From Salpingoeca rosetta (lineage: Eukaryota > Protista > Choanoflagellata): a stretch of DNA of 64,000 bases. The stretch is taken from positions 435,735-499,734 of the forward strand of contig JAWQFM010000015.1 of NCBI GenBank assembly GCA_033442325.1. Direction: 5' to 3'. The notes beneath the pieces are model-generated. The model saw only the letters and a program-made list of their open reading frames with translations, was not told the origin of the DNA and ran no database searches. The translations under genes were made by a program, and so were the position numbers. Below, piece by piece: positions 1-14,500 of this stretch. Every line of letters starts with the position of its first letter. Positions within the stretch are counted from its first letter, which is position 1.

Positions 1-503
1 ACGCACACGCACGCACGCACGAATGCACACACAACACATCCATCACCAAGCAGCTCGCTGCCTGCCTTCCATCATCATCAGCTCACCCCACGAGTTGCCA
101 CATCGCACTGGCTGTGTGAAGTTGGTGGTGCAATTGGCGGAAAATGCGTGCACACGAAAAACACACCCACACAAATCCACCCTGAACTCAGGGTTGTATA
201 CATCTCATGGTGTTCCTACCTGTGTTGTGAGGCGTGTTTTCCCCCCTTGGCTTGCTTTGCCGCGCCTTTCGTATCCAACCATTCGCTCGTCTCGGCTTTT
301 GCTTGGTTTGACCGCAACAACAACAACATCACATCATCCCAGCTTTGTTGTGGTTGGCTGTTGTGGTTGGCTGTGTTGTTTGTTGTCTTCACGCACGCGT
401 TCTTCGTGTGTGTGTGTGTGTGTGTGAAGGTGACTCTTTGTGCGTCGCACACGCTCTCTCCCTCTCTCTCCAGCACAAGTAGACGCAAAGCAGACGCGCA
501 GGC

Positions 504-1702
504 ATGGACCGCCATCGCAGCCGCTCCGTGTCGTTCTTCCGCAATGGCTTCCTGAACACCAGGCGCAGCTCCCTGCGCAACAAGCACTCGTCCTCGTCGT
601 CCATCACAGAAGTGAACGAGAGCAGCTACGACACCCACGACGGCGACACCTTTGACGGCGACAGCTCCAGGGCAACGCCAACGACGCCCTCAACCCCAAA
701 CGGCACGGCTGGGTCCGCCTCCTTGCCTGCTTCCGCTGTCAAGCAGCGCCCATCCTCCGCCAGCAACCTGTCGCGTCGCCGGTCTTCCTCCCTCTCCCGC
801 GCACGCCTGCGCTCCGACAACAGCGATGACGGTGGTGGCCGCCGCGCCATGTCCAAGAACACGTCTGGCTCCAGCCTGCTCAACGAGGCCAGCACCACGC
901 CGCTGCGCCGCTCCTCTTCCTTCCGCCAGCGCCGCACGTCCGTGGACCGCACGCCCACGTGGTCGGACCGCGTCGAGCGCCTCCACAACCCGCCCAAGCA
1001 GGAAAAACACCAGGGCGAGCAGGTGCGCCGCGCAGTTGCTTTGGTGTGTGTGTGTGTGTGCACTTGTTTGTGTGGGTGAACAAGGCTGCACGCGCTTGCT
1101 GCACGCACGTGTTGTGTGCGACGTGTTCCTGTCGTGTCATTGTTTTCCTCATGGACTGTGCACTGCCATTTGCTCGAATCAGGTGACGATTGGAGACCGC
1201 GTCGTGGTGAATGGCACGTGGCCGGGCGTGCTTCGCTTCCTCGGCTCCGTCCAGTTTTCGCACGGCATCTGGGCAGGCATTGAACTCGACGAGCCAGGTG
1301 AGCCGCGTCGTGTTTGGATGTGCAAATGCAGGCAGGAGCACTTTCATGCGATGTACTTGAACGTTCGGTCACGCTCTCGCTCGTGTTGTTGCAACAACAC
1401 AAGTGCGCACACACTCTCACCAATTCAATCAACTGCTGCCTCTCGCCCACACTCACTCCATCACACGTGCGTTCTCTTACTCGCCCTTTGCCCTGCAGTT
1501 GGGCAACACGATGGCAAGATGCAGGGCCGCCGGTACTTTGACTGCCCCCGCAACTGCGGTGTGTTTGTGAAGAAACATCAGATCACACGCGAGCTGCACG
1601 TAGAAGGGCAGGCCATCCCCGCATATGTGGAGAGCCTGCAGGAGCGACACAAGGAGACGGAGGACAAACTCAAGGCTACGGTGCGGTGCACATGTGTACT
1701 TT

Positions 1703-1735
<33 letters not shown>

Positions 1736-1990
1736 CTTTTTGTGTGTGTGTGTGTGTGTGTTTGCGTGTGTGTGTGTGTGTGTGTATGTTTGTGCATTCC
1801 AAGGCGCAGCTGTATCAGCTTGTGCATTGCCCCCTACAACAACGCTTACACACTTCCGTGCACCCGTGCTCCAACAGGAGAATGAGTTGGAGCAGACGAA
1901 GCTGATTCTGGCGAGCGTCAAGGACAGTTTTGTGCAGGAACTTGCCGCTGCACAGCGCACTGCCGAGGAAGCAAAGGTGGCAACACCGTG

Positions 1991-2084
<94 letters not shown>

Positions 2085-3808
2085 TTCTGCACTCCCATTC
2101 GGCTACATTATCGAGCTCTTCATCACATGTGCGCATTCTCCTCACCAATGCATACCCACCCGTGTTCACATGTTTATGTGTGTGTGTGTTTTCAGGCGAA
2201 GATGCAGGAGATGGAGCAGCAAGTTACCGAAATGACGCGCGAATACAACGCGAAGGACGTCGAGGTGTCAAACTGCAAAAGGTACCACCGCCTTGCAGCC
2301 GTGTACGTGCATGTATACATGTGTGTATTTCTGTGTTGTTATCATTGTGCACTTGCTATCTTGCTTGGATGTCTCCTTGTTCTCGTTTCAACCCAATCCT
2401 GTGCGCGCCCCCCCCCCCCCTCTTCACGTTGTTCAACGCACACCACAATTCACATCAACACCTCATCTGCTCCTCTTTCCTCCCCCTCCTCGTGTGCTTG
2501 GCAGCGAGATCTCGCGACTGCAAGCGGAGGCGGCGTCGGTTGTCGAGACGAACCAGCAGCAGACCCGCGACATCACCCGCTTGCAGGACGAGCTGCAGGC
2601 TGCGCGCACAGAGATGACCAAGCTCAAGGCATCACTGCAGGTGTGTGTAGATGTGTGTTGGGGATTTGCGATTTCATGAGGGTGTGGTGTCCTGTTCGGG
2701 CTGCACACATCCACACACACACACACGTTCACGCACACTCACTCACTCACTCACTCACTCACTCACTCACTTAATTACTCACTCACTCACTCACTCACTC
2801 ACGCACTCACTCACGCACTCACTCACTCACTCACTCACTCACTCACTCACTCACTCACTCACTCACTCACTCACTCACACACACGCACTCACTCCTTCAC
2901 TCACACACACGCACTCACTCCTTCACTCACTCACTCTCACCACCAGCGCAATGTGGATGAGGGCAAGAGCAGCGAGATGGCGTCACAACAGCGCATCAAG
3001 GATTTGGAGCGAAACGTTTCAGAATGGAAGGAGCGCAGCGAAAACACGCGCCTGGAGCTCCAATCCACCAAGCTGTCCTTGGAGCACACGGAGTACCGCG
3101 TGCAGCAGCTGGAGACGGAGAACAAGCAAGTCGTCGCACAGCTCACAGACGCACAGCAACAGCTTGACGATGCACGCAAGCACAACGAAGCAAACTCCCA
3201 GCAGCAGCAGCAACAGCGGCAGCACCAGTCGACGGCCGAGCAGCTGAAGCGGGAGGCCGCAGAGGCAAAGGCAGCGGTGTCGCGCCTCGAGTCACGACTC
3301 GCAACCACGCTCACCATGAAGGACCAGCTCGAGGTGCGCGCGCATGTGTGTGTGTGTGTGTGTGTGTGCTTGGGAACACCTGCGAATCCATCTTCGCATG
3401 CGCTCGTACCATACCAAGCACACCATCTCACCGATATGTCTGTCGCCGCCACCACCGCCACCACCGCCACGATCATGATGACAGGAGGAGCTGATGAAGT
3501 CATCCTTGCAAGTGAGCTCGTTGAAGAAACAGCTGCTCAGCAAAGATACCGACCTCGAGGAAACACACGCAAAGTGCAGTGCTCTCGAGGTACCACTCGC
3601 TTTGTTTGTTTGTTTGTTTTGTTGACTTCTTGACTTGCTCGTGCTGTGATTTGTCTTCGCTCTCGTATCTGAGCTCACCTGTTCCTTCGCACTCCCTCCT
3701 TCTTGTTCTTCGTAGCGCAAAGTGTCCCGGCTGGAATCTGAGGCCGCAGCAAACACGGTACAGCCATGACACCTCTTACAGCTGTGGTGAAATGCACAAC
3801 AACCGCTA

Positions 3809-3884
<76 letters not shown>

Positions 3885-5079
3885 AAGTACACACCCACGT
3901 CTGCTCTCAACCACTCCTCAACCACTCCCCCCCCCTTTACCACGGCAGGGCACGGACGTTGCCTCATTTGAAAAGTTGACGTCGCTGACATCGGAACGCG
4001 ACCGTCTGCGCCGGCAGCTTGTCGAGATGGAGACGGACAACGCGGACCTCAAGGGCCAGATGGCACGTGTCTCAAAACTCCTCCAGGTCAGCCTCGTGTC
4101 GAGCAATGTGTCATCATCAACAAACGCACCCCCCCCCCCACACACACACACATCAAAACATCAACACACGAACCTGCTGCTTGTCATCTCACTCACTCAC
4201 TCACGCACACACACGCACACACTGTTTTGTTTTCTTCTCCCCACACACCGCTCCATCCATCCTTGCCACAGGACGCCGGTGTGCAGAGTCCGTTTGAGGT
4301 TGGCGCGACCATCGCCGCCCTGCGTGAGAGGAGCAGCGAGCTGGAGAAGCAGCTGGAGAAATTGTCCGCCACGGCCTCGTCGTCGTCGTCACTGGCCGCT
4401 GCTGAGGATGTGCACACGGGCGAATTCACAGTCAAGGTGGGGCAACATCGCAGTGTAATTGTGTGTGTCTGTCTGTCTGTTTGCCTGTCTGTCTGTCTGT
4501 TTGCCTGCCTGTCTGTCTGTCTGTCTACTTGTGTGGGTGGTTGCTTGGTTATTGTGAATCACGGTCGTTTAAATGTTGTCCATTCGCAGTTGTCCTTTCA
4601 AACACACGCACACTCACATGTGCACACTGTGTCCGCCAACACCATCAGATCCAGGCGCTGGAGCAACACGTGCAGCTGCTGAAGAAACAGAATGAGGAGC
4701 TGCGACAGGCGCGCCACGATGCAACATCCAGCAACACGCGTGCACTCCAGGCTGCAAAGGCCGCAGCGAGCGACGCGCAAGAAAAGCTTCACGCCCTGCA
4801 GATGCAATACGACAGCGCCCAGCGTGAGCTTCGGGCTGCCATGGCAGAACGCGATGCAACAGTTGCGGATATGAAGCGAACGCTCGAGAAGGAGCGCGCT
4901 GAACACAAACGCGCACTCGACGGCCATAAGGACAGTGGCGACGCAGCCAAGGTGTGGCTTACGTGCATATGTATGTGTGTATGTGTGAACATGTACTTGT
5001 GAATGTGTTTGTGTGTGTGTATGCCTCTGTGTGTGTGTGTGTGTTTGTGTGTGTGTATGCCTGTGTGTGTGTGTGTGTG

Positions 5080-5132
<53 letters not shown>

Positions 5133-6539
5133 GTGTGCGTGTGTGTGTGTGTGTACAGCGTTGTTGTGCCTCGGCTTCCACAAGTGCTTGACCAGTGTTT
5201 TCCCATCCACCCATACACCCCCTCCCCCAAACTGACATTTCGCTCTCCCAACCCGACCCATCACATCCCACCCCGTACTGCCCCTCCCTGCAACAGCTGC
5301 GCGTGCTTGAGGCGGAGGTGTCGTCGCTGCGCACCCAGCACGAAATGGCCAAGGCGAACCTCGACCGCGCCCACCGCGATCTTAAGACCGCACAGGAGGA
5401 GCACGCGCGTGCACTCGATGAGGAGCGCAAGAGAACGGCTGCAGTGCAATCACAACTGGACGCCCTGCTTGCATCACGGGACGCCGATGGCAAACACAAC
5501 AGCAGCAGCAGCAGCAGTGGCGACGGAGAAATGCGTGACGCGGAGGCGACGGCAACAGCTGATGCCCTTCGCCTGGAGGTGCAGCATCTGCGCACAACTG
5601 CAGAGGAAACAGAGGCAAGACTGCAGGCGGACCTCACACGTGCACGTGCGGACGTTCAACAAGAGCGGGATGAGGTGTCACGCTTGACAGCTGAGGTGCA
5701 AACGCTGCAGACGAAACTGCAGCAGGCAGACGACGCGCGCACAGCCGCCGAGCAGCGCGAACGGGAGCACAACGCCAAGCTGGCCACCACCGCCACTGCC
5801 ACTACAACAGCACCGACAGCAGCGCCGGCGACAAGTGCCGCTGATGAGGCGGAACTGAAGCGCCTGCGTACAGAGCTGGACAGCGCAACACGTGCTGTTG
5901 AGAGCAGCAAGGCAGAGACAGCGCGGCTGCGGCTGCAAGTCGAGGCACTCACGCGCGACAAGGCGGCATGGGCCAGCAAGGAGGCGAGCCTGCAGGCAAA
6001 GGTGGGGCAGCTCGAGCAGAGCTCGTCACGCCTGCAACGCGACTTGCAAGCACGTGACGCCAGCGTGCGGGAGCTGGAGCAGCGTGTCAAGTCACTCACA
6101 GCACAGCTGCAACAGTCGCGCACAGCAGCAGCAGCAACAGCAACGGCAGCACGGCGAAGCAGCCTCTCTGCCACGACGTCATCTGACGTGGGCGCCCGCA
6201 GCGCTGCAGTGGCGGAGATGGAAACGGCGCTGGCGGCCATGAAGCGCGAGAAACTCTCGCTTGAGGAGAAGGTCGCCAAGCTGGAGAGCCAGGTATCATG
6301 TGTGTGTGTGTCTGTGTGTGTGTGTGTTCTGTTTGCTTGCATCTTTGGCTGCGATTGAGCTTCATTGACTCCGCTTCTCACACCGACCCACACGCACACA
6401 TGCACACACCCTCAAATGGTTACGCGAGCAGGTGAAGGAACAATCTGAGGACCTTGAGGATCTTGAGGAGATGCTGGCTGGGGAGCGGCAGGCGGCGGCG
6501 CGCCTGAAGCAGCAGCTCGCCGGCCAAACATCCGCGTGA
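504..6539 (+). CDS. CAP-Gly domain, long coiled-coil protein (CLIP-170/Tip1-like), ~1126 aa, 14 coding exons
   Basis: Exons 504-1022, 1183-1297, 1499-1680, 1878-1976, 2196-2281, 2505-2640, 2947-3333, 3485-3589, 3716-3757, 3949-4086, 4272-4436, 4649-4951, 5297-6292, 6432-6539; all GT-AG and phase-consistent. S/R-rich N-terminus, then CAP-Gly ([55 protein letters not shown]), then E/Q/K/A-rich coiled coil. Confidence 0.85.
2737..2940 (+). repeat. (CACT)n tetranucleotide tract immediately upstream of a 3' splice site
   Basis: Directly visible; a similar tract lies at ~27940-28018. Confidence 0.9.
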
Positions 6540-7012
6540 CGAGCAAACTTGGGATGAAGTCACACAAGGCACTGTGTTGTGTTGTGTGTGTGTGTGTGTG
6601 CTTGCGAGGTTGTGACTGCTGTGAGCATTCATCAATATTCGTTGGCTGTTGGAGTGCACGTGTCTTTTGTGTCCATCGTCCATTGCGTCTTGCGTATTGC
6701 GTTTGCACTCGACATTGTGATGTTGTGCTTTTGGGTGCTGTGTGTGCTTCTTGACCTGACCCTTCTGCTGCCTGTGTATGTGTGGGATATGGCTGGTTTG
6801 ATTGATGCATTTTATGCCTGTATTGCCTGCTTGTGTATGTTAACATCTTCCCCTTCTCTGTGCCCCATAGATTAAATGACTCGCGTGGAAGCCATGTGCA
6901 TGTACATAACAACAACAGCGTACGCTGTGCCAACTCCCGCTCTCGGTCCTGCTGGCTTGCTTGCTTCGGCGCTCGCTGTGGTTGTGTTGCCTGCAAGCAA
7001 CGCACGTTGTTA

Positions 7013-7214
7013 TTATGCCTTGCGCCAGCGCCCCGCTCCTGCTACGCGACACGCCCCGTCCAACTCAGCCACCACGGCTTTCAGGGCATTGCGCAGAGAG
7101 GGAATGTCCACGTCAAACGAGTTGCACACCACCCAGTCCCGCCCGGCCACCTTCACCTCCCGTCGACACGTGCTCGTGTCGCACTGCACATTGCGAGAGA
7201 GGGAGAGAGAGAGA

Positions 7215-7257
<43 letters not shown>

Positions 7258-10138
7258 GTTTGTGGGTGTCAAGTTGTAAGAACGCGAGCGCGGAACTGAT
7301 TGTGGACAGAATACATTGGCAGTAGCTGGTGTGTTTATGGGTTTTCAGCCTATACACGAGAGGCAAACAACAATAAAAGTTACTCACACACATGCACACA
7401 CACACACACACATGCACACACATACATACACGTGCACACACATACACGCGCGTACAGCCGATCCAAAGCCCTGACCTCTTGTTTCAAACGCTGGCGCTCC
7501 TTTTCTGCGCATTCGAGTGTGGCGCCACATTCCATCGCCGCCATGGATGCCTTCCGTAACTGATTGTGCTGCGCGGTGTTTGCACGCTGGCGAATGCACC
7601 CAGATCTGCCAGCAATCGTGAGCGTGGGATGCGAAACGAAAGTAGGGTTTGTTCAAGGCGTGTGATTGCAGGCCAAGTTAATGCTGCGCAACATCAATCA
7701 TCGCATGCTATTCACACCCCTATGTCACACACGCACACACACCACATACATCACACACACGCACGAAAGAAACTATTGCTCACAGGTTTGAGGCGCCAAA
7801 GGCGAAGCGGTAGTGGATGTTGAAGTTGGCGGCAGCTTGGGCAAAGTGCGAATTGAAGATAACGGGCACAGCCTCCACAACAGCAGAGTTGGGGTGCATC
7901 CACGCCATGCCAAACACCTGCGAGCTGTGGCTGCTGATCACAAGCCCTGCGTCGCGGAACACAGCTGCCTGGTCGTACAGTGACGTGCTCTCGTTGGTGG
8001 TGGCGACAGTCGCAGCGATGCCCGTGATGGCCTTCGCCGTGGCTTGCACCGCGTCCATGTTGCTGAACCGTCGCAACTTGTGCCCGGTGCTGCGCTGGAG
8101 AATGACAACGCGCCGTGGTGGACACGCCCCGTCGGCCCATTTGTCTGTGTTTGCGAACATGAAGTCCACTGCGCGGCGGTGAAACATGCCTGCATGCACC
8201 TGCATGGCAGCAATGTAGGCGGGGGAAGCAGGAAAGGAGATTGGGTTACGCGTTCATTATGATGCACGCTTATCTGTGAGCAATCTGCAACGTCCTTGCT
8301 AAGCATGTTGCACACACAAAATGGAAAGAAAACGCCAGGGAACATGCATACACACGCACATGTACAGTGTACACACAAACACGCACACACATGCATACAC
8401 ACGCACACACACACACACACGCACGCACGCACGCACGCACGCACACGCACACGCACACACACACACACACGCACGCACACGCACGCACACACCTTGTTGT
8501 GTCCAAACAGGTCGTATTCGGGGTGATACGCCACAAGGCTGTGGAAGAACCGCGGACGATTGTCATCGATGTCAACGTTGTTGATGCGGTCATGACGAGA
8601 CCCCTCATCGCCAGGGAACAGCGCAGTTTGTCGAAAGTCTGAACGCGCGCATTGTGCATGTGTGTGTGTGTGAAAAGTCGAACTGGAAGCAAGCAAGTAA
8701 CCCTCATTTCGAGTTCAAGTTCAACCCACCCAACATCGTTTTGTCTCACCTAGTCCTGTTTGAAAGCGAGCATTGTGTGTGTCTTTGAACCACATGGCGT
8801 AGTACTTCTCTTGCCAGGCATTCAGGGAAGCGGCCTTGAAGAACGACACGTGCCCGAACGGTGGTAGTGTGGCTGGATTGGGATTGAAGCAGGTACAGGA
8901 TATGAGAACACGTGTGAGAAGCGAGAAGAGGGTAAAGCAGACACGAGACAACGCGGCGACAGTGCATGACACACACACACACATACATGTGCATACTCAC
9001 ACACATACAAACACACACGCACATACAAACACACACGCACATACAAACACACACACATACAAACACACACACACATACACATGCACACTCACACACGCAC
9101 ACACAAAACACACAAACAAACAAACACACACAAGCGCGCGCCATCCACCCCCCCCCCCCCTCCCTAATGTATACCTTTGTGTTGGTGGAGAAGCGTTGGT
9201 AGGGCGGAGAGTTGGATGGATTCGTGAAAGATGTGTGGTGGCTGCGACCAACGCTCCACGCCAAGGGTGGGCGCAAGCACCCCAAAGTCCTTTCCGTCGC
9301 ACTTCGGAGACCACAGCTCCGCTGGAGTCGTAAACACGGGGACACGAAAGGCGTGAAAGCAGGAACAGAAGAGCTGTACCTTGGAGGATGGCACCAGCCG
9401 CTGCGCTGTCCACGCTGATGGATCGTAAGGCTGTTGCATCTTCGCAGACCGCACAGTAAAGCATGCCACGGCCAACTGCCTTGCGTCATCCAGCATTTCC
9501 TCGGGAACAACCAAGACGGTGCGGTATTGGTCCACCACTGCGTTCGTGAACACACACGCGCCATCACCCGACACCCACATCCCAGACGCAAACTGCGGTG
9601 CTGCTGTCGGAACCAGCTCTTCCTGCTCCAGCTGCTGCTCGCGGCGCTGTGTGCGGCCGGCTTCCTCCTCTGGTTCCTTCTCCTTCGCTTCCAGCAGCTG
9701 CTGTTTTGGAATGTCAGCTTGAGCACCGGTGCTTTTGGTCTGCGCAATGGGTGGCAGGACTTGCGTGAACCTGTCCCCAGTGCTTTCGGTGCTTGTTCCA
9801 GCCCGGTCGAGGAGGTGGCTGCCAAGTGTGGTGATTTGCTCGGCAAAGCGGGTGCCGGCATGCACGCACTGCTGGAGATGACGCAAGTACTTGGCCTTGC
9901 TCTTCCCTTTGTCCTTGCATGCCTTGACTGATGTCCGTCCCAGCACGTCGTCAAACATGGGACGCTCAAACTGAACTCTCTGGTGCGTTGTGCCCAAAGA
10001 ACCCGTGTTTCCGAGGACTCCAACAACGGCTCCAGGCCACGAAGCAGGCGTCATGTTTGTCAGCACCACCGTCACCAACAAAAGCTGAACCATCATCACA
10101 CCACAGCGCTGCTGTCTCCTCCTGGCCATCTCCGCCAT
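7013..10138 (-). CDS. Glycosyltransferase family 61 (DUF563; EOGT/POMGNT2-like), ~649 aa, N-terminal signal/anchor
   Basis: Exons 10138-9175, 8872-8750, 8638-8493, 8199-7784, 7605-7476, 7183-7013; phase-consistent. Hydrophobic N-terminus after RRR. GT61-like segments: [65 protein letters not shown]. Confidence 0.75.
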
Positions 10139-10366
10139 GGCGCCTTCCTCCCGCAAGCAAAGGCGCCGCCCATCCAAAGTGCCGAGCACCTGCGAGGACA
10201 GAAGCGCGGACAGAAGACACGACAGAAGGAGGACAGAAGTCGAGCAAGGGATGAAGCAACAAAACAAACAGATGTAAACGGCCAAAGGTTCATTGTCTGC
10301 CTTGACAGTGCGAATGTTTGGTGAAAACATTCACAGATATTCCACAATCGCTGCGGAGCTGCGACG
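10139..10366. promoter_or_regulatory. Probable bidirectional promoter (GT61 / PSMG4)
   Basis: Divergent start codons only 228 nt apart; repeat-free interval. Inferred from geometry only. Confidence 0.5.
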
Positions 10367-11274
10367 ATGCTGGTGGAGACAGAGACGATCCGCTTGGCGG
10401 ATGTGGGCGTGCATGTCATGGTGGTAGTGGCGTCACAGGTCATCTACTTGTGGGCCAACACACAGCCTTTGCTGGGCGCCCTGACCATGGCCATGCCATC
10501 GCGGCTGGTGCGTTTGTGAAGTTGGGGGCGGGGCGGGGCGGGGGGACGTGAAGTGTGGTTGTTTTTCTTTGGTGTTGCCATGTGTTTGCATGTGTGTGTG
10601 TGTTTGCGCGTGTGCGTTTGCATTCACTGACTTGTGCACACATACATACAACCAAACACACGCACACGCACACGCACACATACACACAAGCACACATACG
10701 CACACGCACACATACACACAAGCACACATACACACAAGCACACACACGCACACGCACACATACGCACAAGCACACGCACGCACACGCACACACACGCATA
10801 CAACTCGCTGACATGTTGGCTTCGCTTCGTCAATTGCACAGGACGCCACGCCGCTGGGGATGGTGCTGAAGCGTGGCCTGGACGATGACCTGGCAGAGTC
10901 CTTTGCGAAACGCCTTGGTGAGATGCCTCGCATCTTGCTTCCAACAGCACGCAGCATGCATAATCATGGCACATGTTGGGTTTCCAACACCCTGCTCAAG
11001 CGATGCATGCCTGCTCATGTGATGCATGCGCTTGCTCACATGGTGTACATCCCTCTCTTTCCTTGCCTCTGTTTTGTTTTATGTTTGCGGCGCCACAGCG
11101 AGGAAGTTTGGCGTTCAGGTATTCGTGAGCTGTGAGTTGCCACGGGAGCTTGCGGATCTGCGTGAGGGAGTGGAGAAGCGGCTCACAGATACGGTCAAGG
11201 GCATCGTGGAACGACCCGACGTACAAGCCGCCCTGTTCCCTGCAGCCGAACCCGAAGCCGCCCAGGCCAGCTGA
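10367..11274 (+). CDS. PSMG4: Proteasome assembly chaperone 4 (PAC4)
   Basis: Exons 10367-10507, 10842-10917, 11099-11274. The spliced protein (..[52 protein letters not shown]) follows the PSMG4 pattern (LFLWVG..LAVAMCSR..LAQRLARKTNKQVFVSYNL..VENRI). Confidence 0.8.
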
Positions 11275-11277
11275 CCG

Positions 11278-11332
<55 letters not shown>

Positions 11333-11556
11333 TCTGGACTGCAATCCACTTGAACGCTCTTGTCCTCTGTTTTGGTTGAGCCATGTGCAGGCATTTCTTT
11401 TTTGTCTCTTTTTAATCGAAAGACAGTGAACAAATGAAGACATTCCACACCACCTCGAGTCGACAGTGAAGCAGTAGCAAGCACATCACATCACATCACG
11501 TCATACACGCACACTTCACACAACACATCACACACATCAGAGCAAAGAGGGTCCGT

Positions 11557-14500
11557 CTACTTGGCGCGCTTGCGGTCGTTCTCATCGTCGCTATCCCTGC
11601 ACACAGCACAAAGCATGAGAGAGGCAAGAAGGATGGCGATGGTCGGTGGAGTGAGTGCGAGGAGAAGGGAGAGAGATGGAGGGGGGAGGGGGATACAACG
11701 CACACGTGCACAGCACACACACACACACACACACACACAAACACGCACATCTCCGCATGCCTCTCGAGCCTGTCGACTTACGGGCGGCGGGTGTGGCGTC
11801 GGTATCGTGGGGAGCGCGAGCGCGAACGACGACGATCACGATCACGATCACGATCGCGGTCACGGTCGCGGCGGGCTAGTGGGGACCGGGACCTGCGGCT
11901 GCTGCGACTCGTCCGCGATGCGCGCGGCGACCGGCGGCGGCGGCGTGGCGAACGCGAACGCGAACGCGAGCGGGGACGAGAGCGAGCACGAGAGTGGGAA
12001 CGGGAACGGGAGCGGGAACGAGATGGGCGTCTGTATTGGGGGCGGCGGCGGCGGTCAGCAGGGGAGCGCGGTGGGGTGCGGCGCACCCGTCGCTCCTCGC
12101 GTGCTGCATCATCCCCACGACTGGCACGTGTGTCGTGATCGCGATCACGCTCATCACGCTCATCACGGCTGGCACGTGTGTCATGGTGGCGTGGAGGGCT
12201 GGCGTCGCGTGGGGCGGGGGCCTTGGCGTCGCGTGGCGGGGACGAGCGAGGCGGGTTGGAGGCGCGGGAGCCAGCGGAGATGCGGCGGTCACGCGGTGGC
12301 GGGGAGCGGGGAGGACTGCTGCGACGCACGCTCCTCTCACGACCACGGTCGCGACGACGGTCACGGTCATCATCGCTGTCGCTGCCACTCGATGATGAGG
12401 ACGAGGAGGAGGAGGACGACCCGGAGTCGGAATCAGAATCAGAACCAGACGATGATGACGACGATGAGGATGAAGAAGAGCCACTGCTGCTGCTGCTGCC
12501 ACTGCTGCTCTCATCCGATGACACATCCTCCGTCTTGGCCTGCATCAGCCGCTTTGGGGCGTTCTTCAGCGCCTCGCGCATGTCATCCGTCAGCGCTCCG
12601 AGACCAATTGTCGTGAAAAAGTTGATCGAGAACCGCGTGTCCTTCGGGCTGTCCAGCGGGAACAGGCCCGCGAGCGAGCGCTGCAGCGTGGGGTCGCGCA
12701 GGCGGGCAATGAGCGTCTCCAGGCCCATTGCCGATGACACCTCGAGGAAGAGCTCCTTGATGAAGATGCGACTGGACGAGGTTGTCTCGCGTTCGTTGAG
12801 GTGGATCACCTCCAGCGCCGTCCAGGGAATGGCGTCCATGTACAGCAGGTGCGCAAACAGCTTGGCAATCTGCCGCAGCGGCTTCGTCTCCAGTCGGTGG
12901 ATCGTCACATACTGAGGAACATTGGGAAGGCAGGGGCATAACGTGAGTCATTGCATTGGGTGCAACGACGCTTCAAGTCGTTCGCACAGAGCACAGAACT
13001 CACACACACACACACACGCATGCACGCACACGGCGCATACACACACACGCACACACGCGCACGCACACACGCGCACGCACGCACACACACACACACATAC
13101 ACACACACCTGGTCGGCGAAAGCGGCGACGTATGCATCCTGGTATTCGCGGCGAAGCAAGCAGAGGCGCTCAGCGAGGAGGCCGTACATCTTCAGGTATG
13201 ACCGCTCCTGGCTGCAGCACTCAATCACCATGTTGCACAGCTCAGACTGCACGCAAGCACATGCACAAGGGGAGCGGAAGGGAGATAAGATGGGCATTGC
13301 AGTGTGTGAGGCAACAAATGGGTACAACATGCAAGGAAAGGGCCATGTACGAGCACATCGGCAAGTACAGCATGGCAAGAGTAGTAACACCAACAACAGC
13401 CAGTGACAAAAAGATGATATTTACACATGCACGAACAAGGGCAGGCGAGGCAGTCACGCTTCACCTCGTGGCCCGGGGGCAGGTTGAGCTTCATGAGCTT
13501 GTGTGCAGCCTCCTCGTAGTTGATGGACGACATGATGGTCAGGTACACCGTGCGGCGGAAGGCAACGAGATCCGTGCCCGTCATGTCCATAATCGCCTGT
13601 CCGCCCTCACCACCGGCTGCCGTCTGCGCTGCTTCTTCCTCCTCATCCTCGTCCTCGTCGCTTGATGACTCATCACCACTGCTGCTCTCCCCAGAGCTCT
13701 CATCCCCAAGAATCTCCCGCTGTGGAGGTGTGGGCGGAGGCGGAGGCGGAGGGGACGTGTGAGTGTGTGAAATACGGATTGAGTTGAGTTGAAACGAAGG
13801 AACGCAGCAGTGGCAGCAGCACGTCAACTCACACACAATACACACACACACACACAACTCACACACAATACACACACAAGCACACACACTCACACACAAC
13901 ACACACACGAGCACACAAGCACGCAAGCACACGAACACACACACACACACGAACACACACACACACACAAGCACACACACAACACACAAGCATCAGCGAT
14001 GTACCTTGATTGCGGCGTATTTGCTCTCGTTCTCCTCGTACTGTGGGTCGTACTGGAAGACGTCAATCTTTGACTGGGGATCAATCTCGTCATCGAGGGA
14101 GATGAGGTGGGTGATCTGGTCCGACTCTTCCACCAGATCAAGGCCCTCCGGCACAATCGGGTGGTCCTTGAAGCCGTCCTTCCGCACAGCAAACATCACC
14201 TCGATCATGTACTGCGTGCGCTTCGAAATCTGCACACATGCACGCAGATAAATGGGGAGTGGGAGGAGGTATGAGTCAACAGGCCGTTGTGGGGTCGTGA
14301 TGGAATGGGCATAGAGAGTTGAGTCATGGTGAGGAGATAGACGATGCGAACACGAAGCAACACCTGGTCGAACACACAACACGACACGACACAACACACC
14401 ACAACGCAGGCACACACAACACAACACAACAGAACACAGGAAACAAACATACCAACCAAACGACAAAACCAGCCAGACAAAACCAATCAGACGGACCTGC

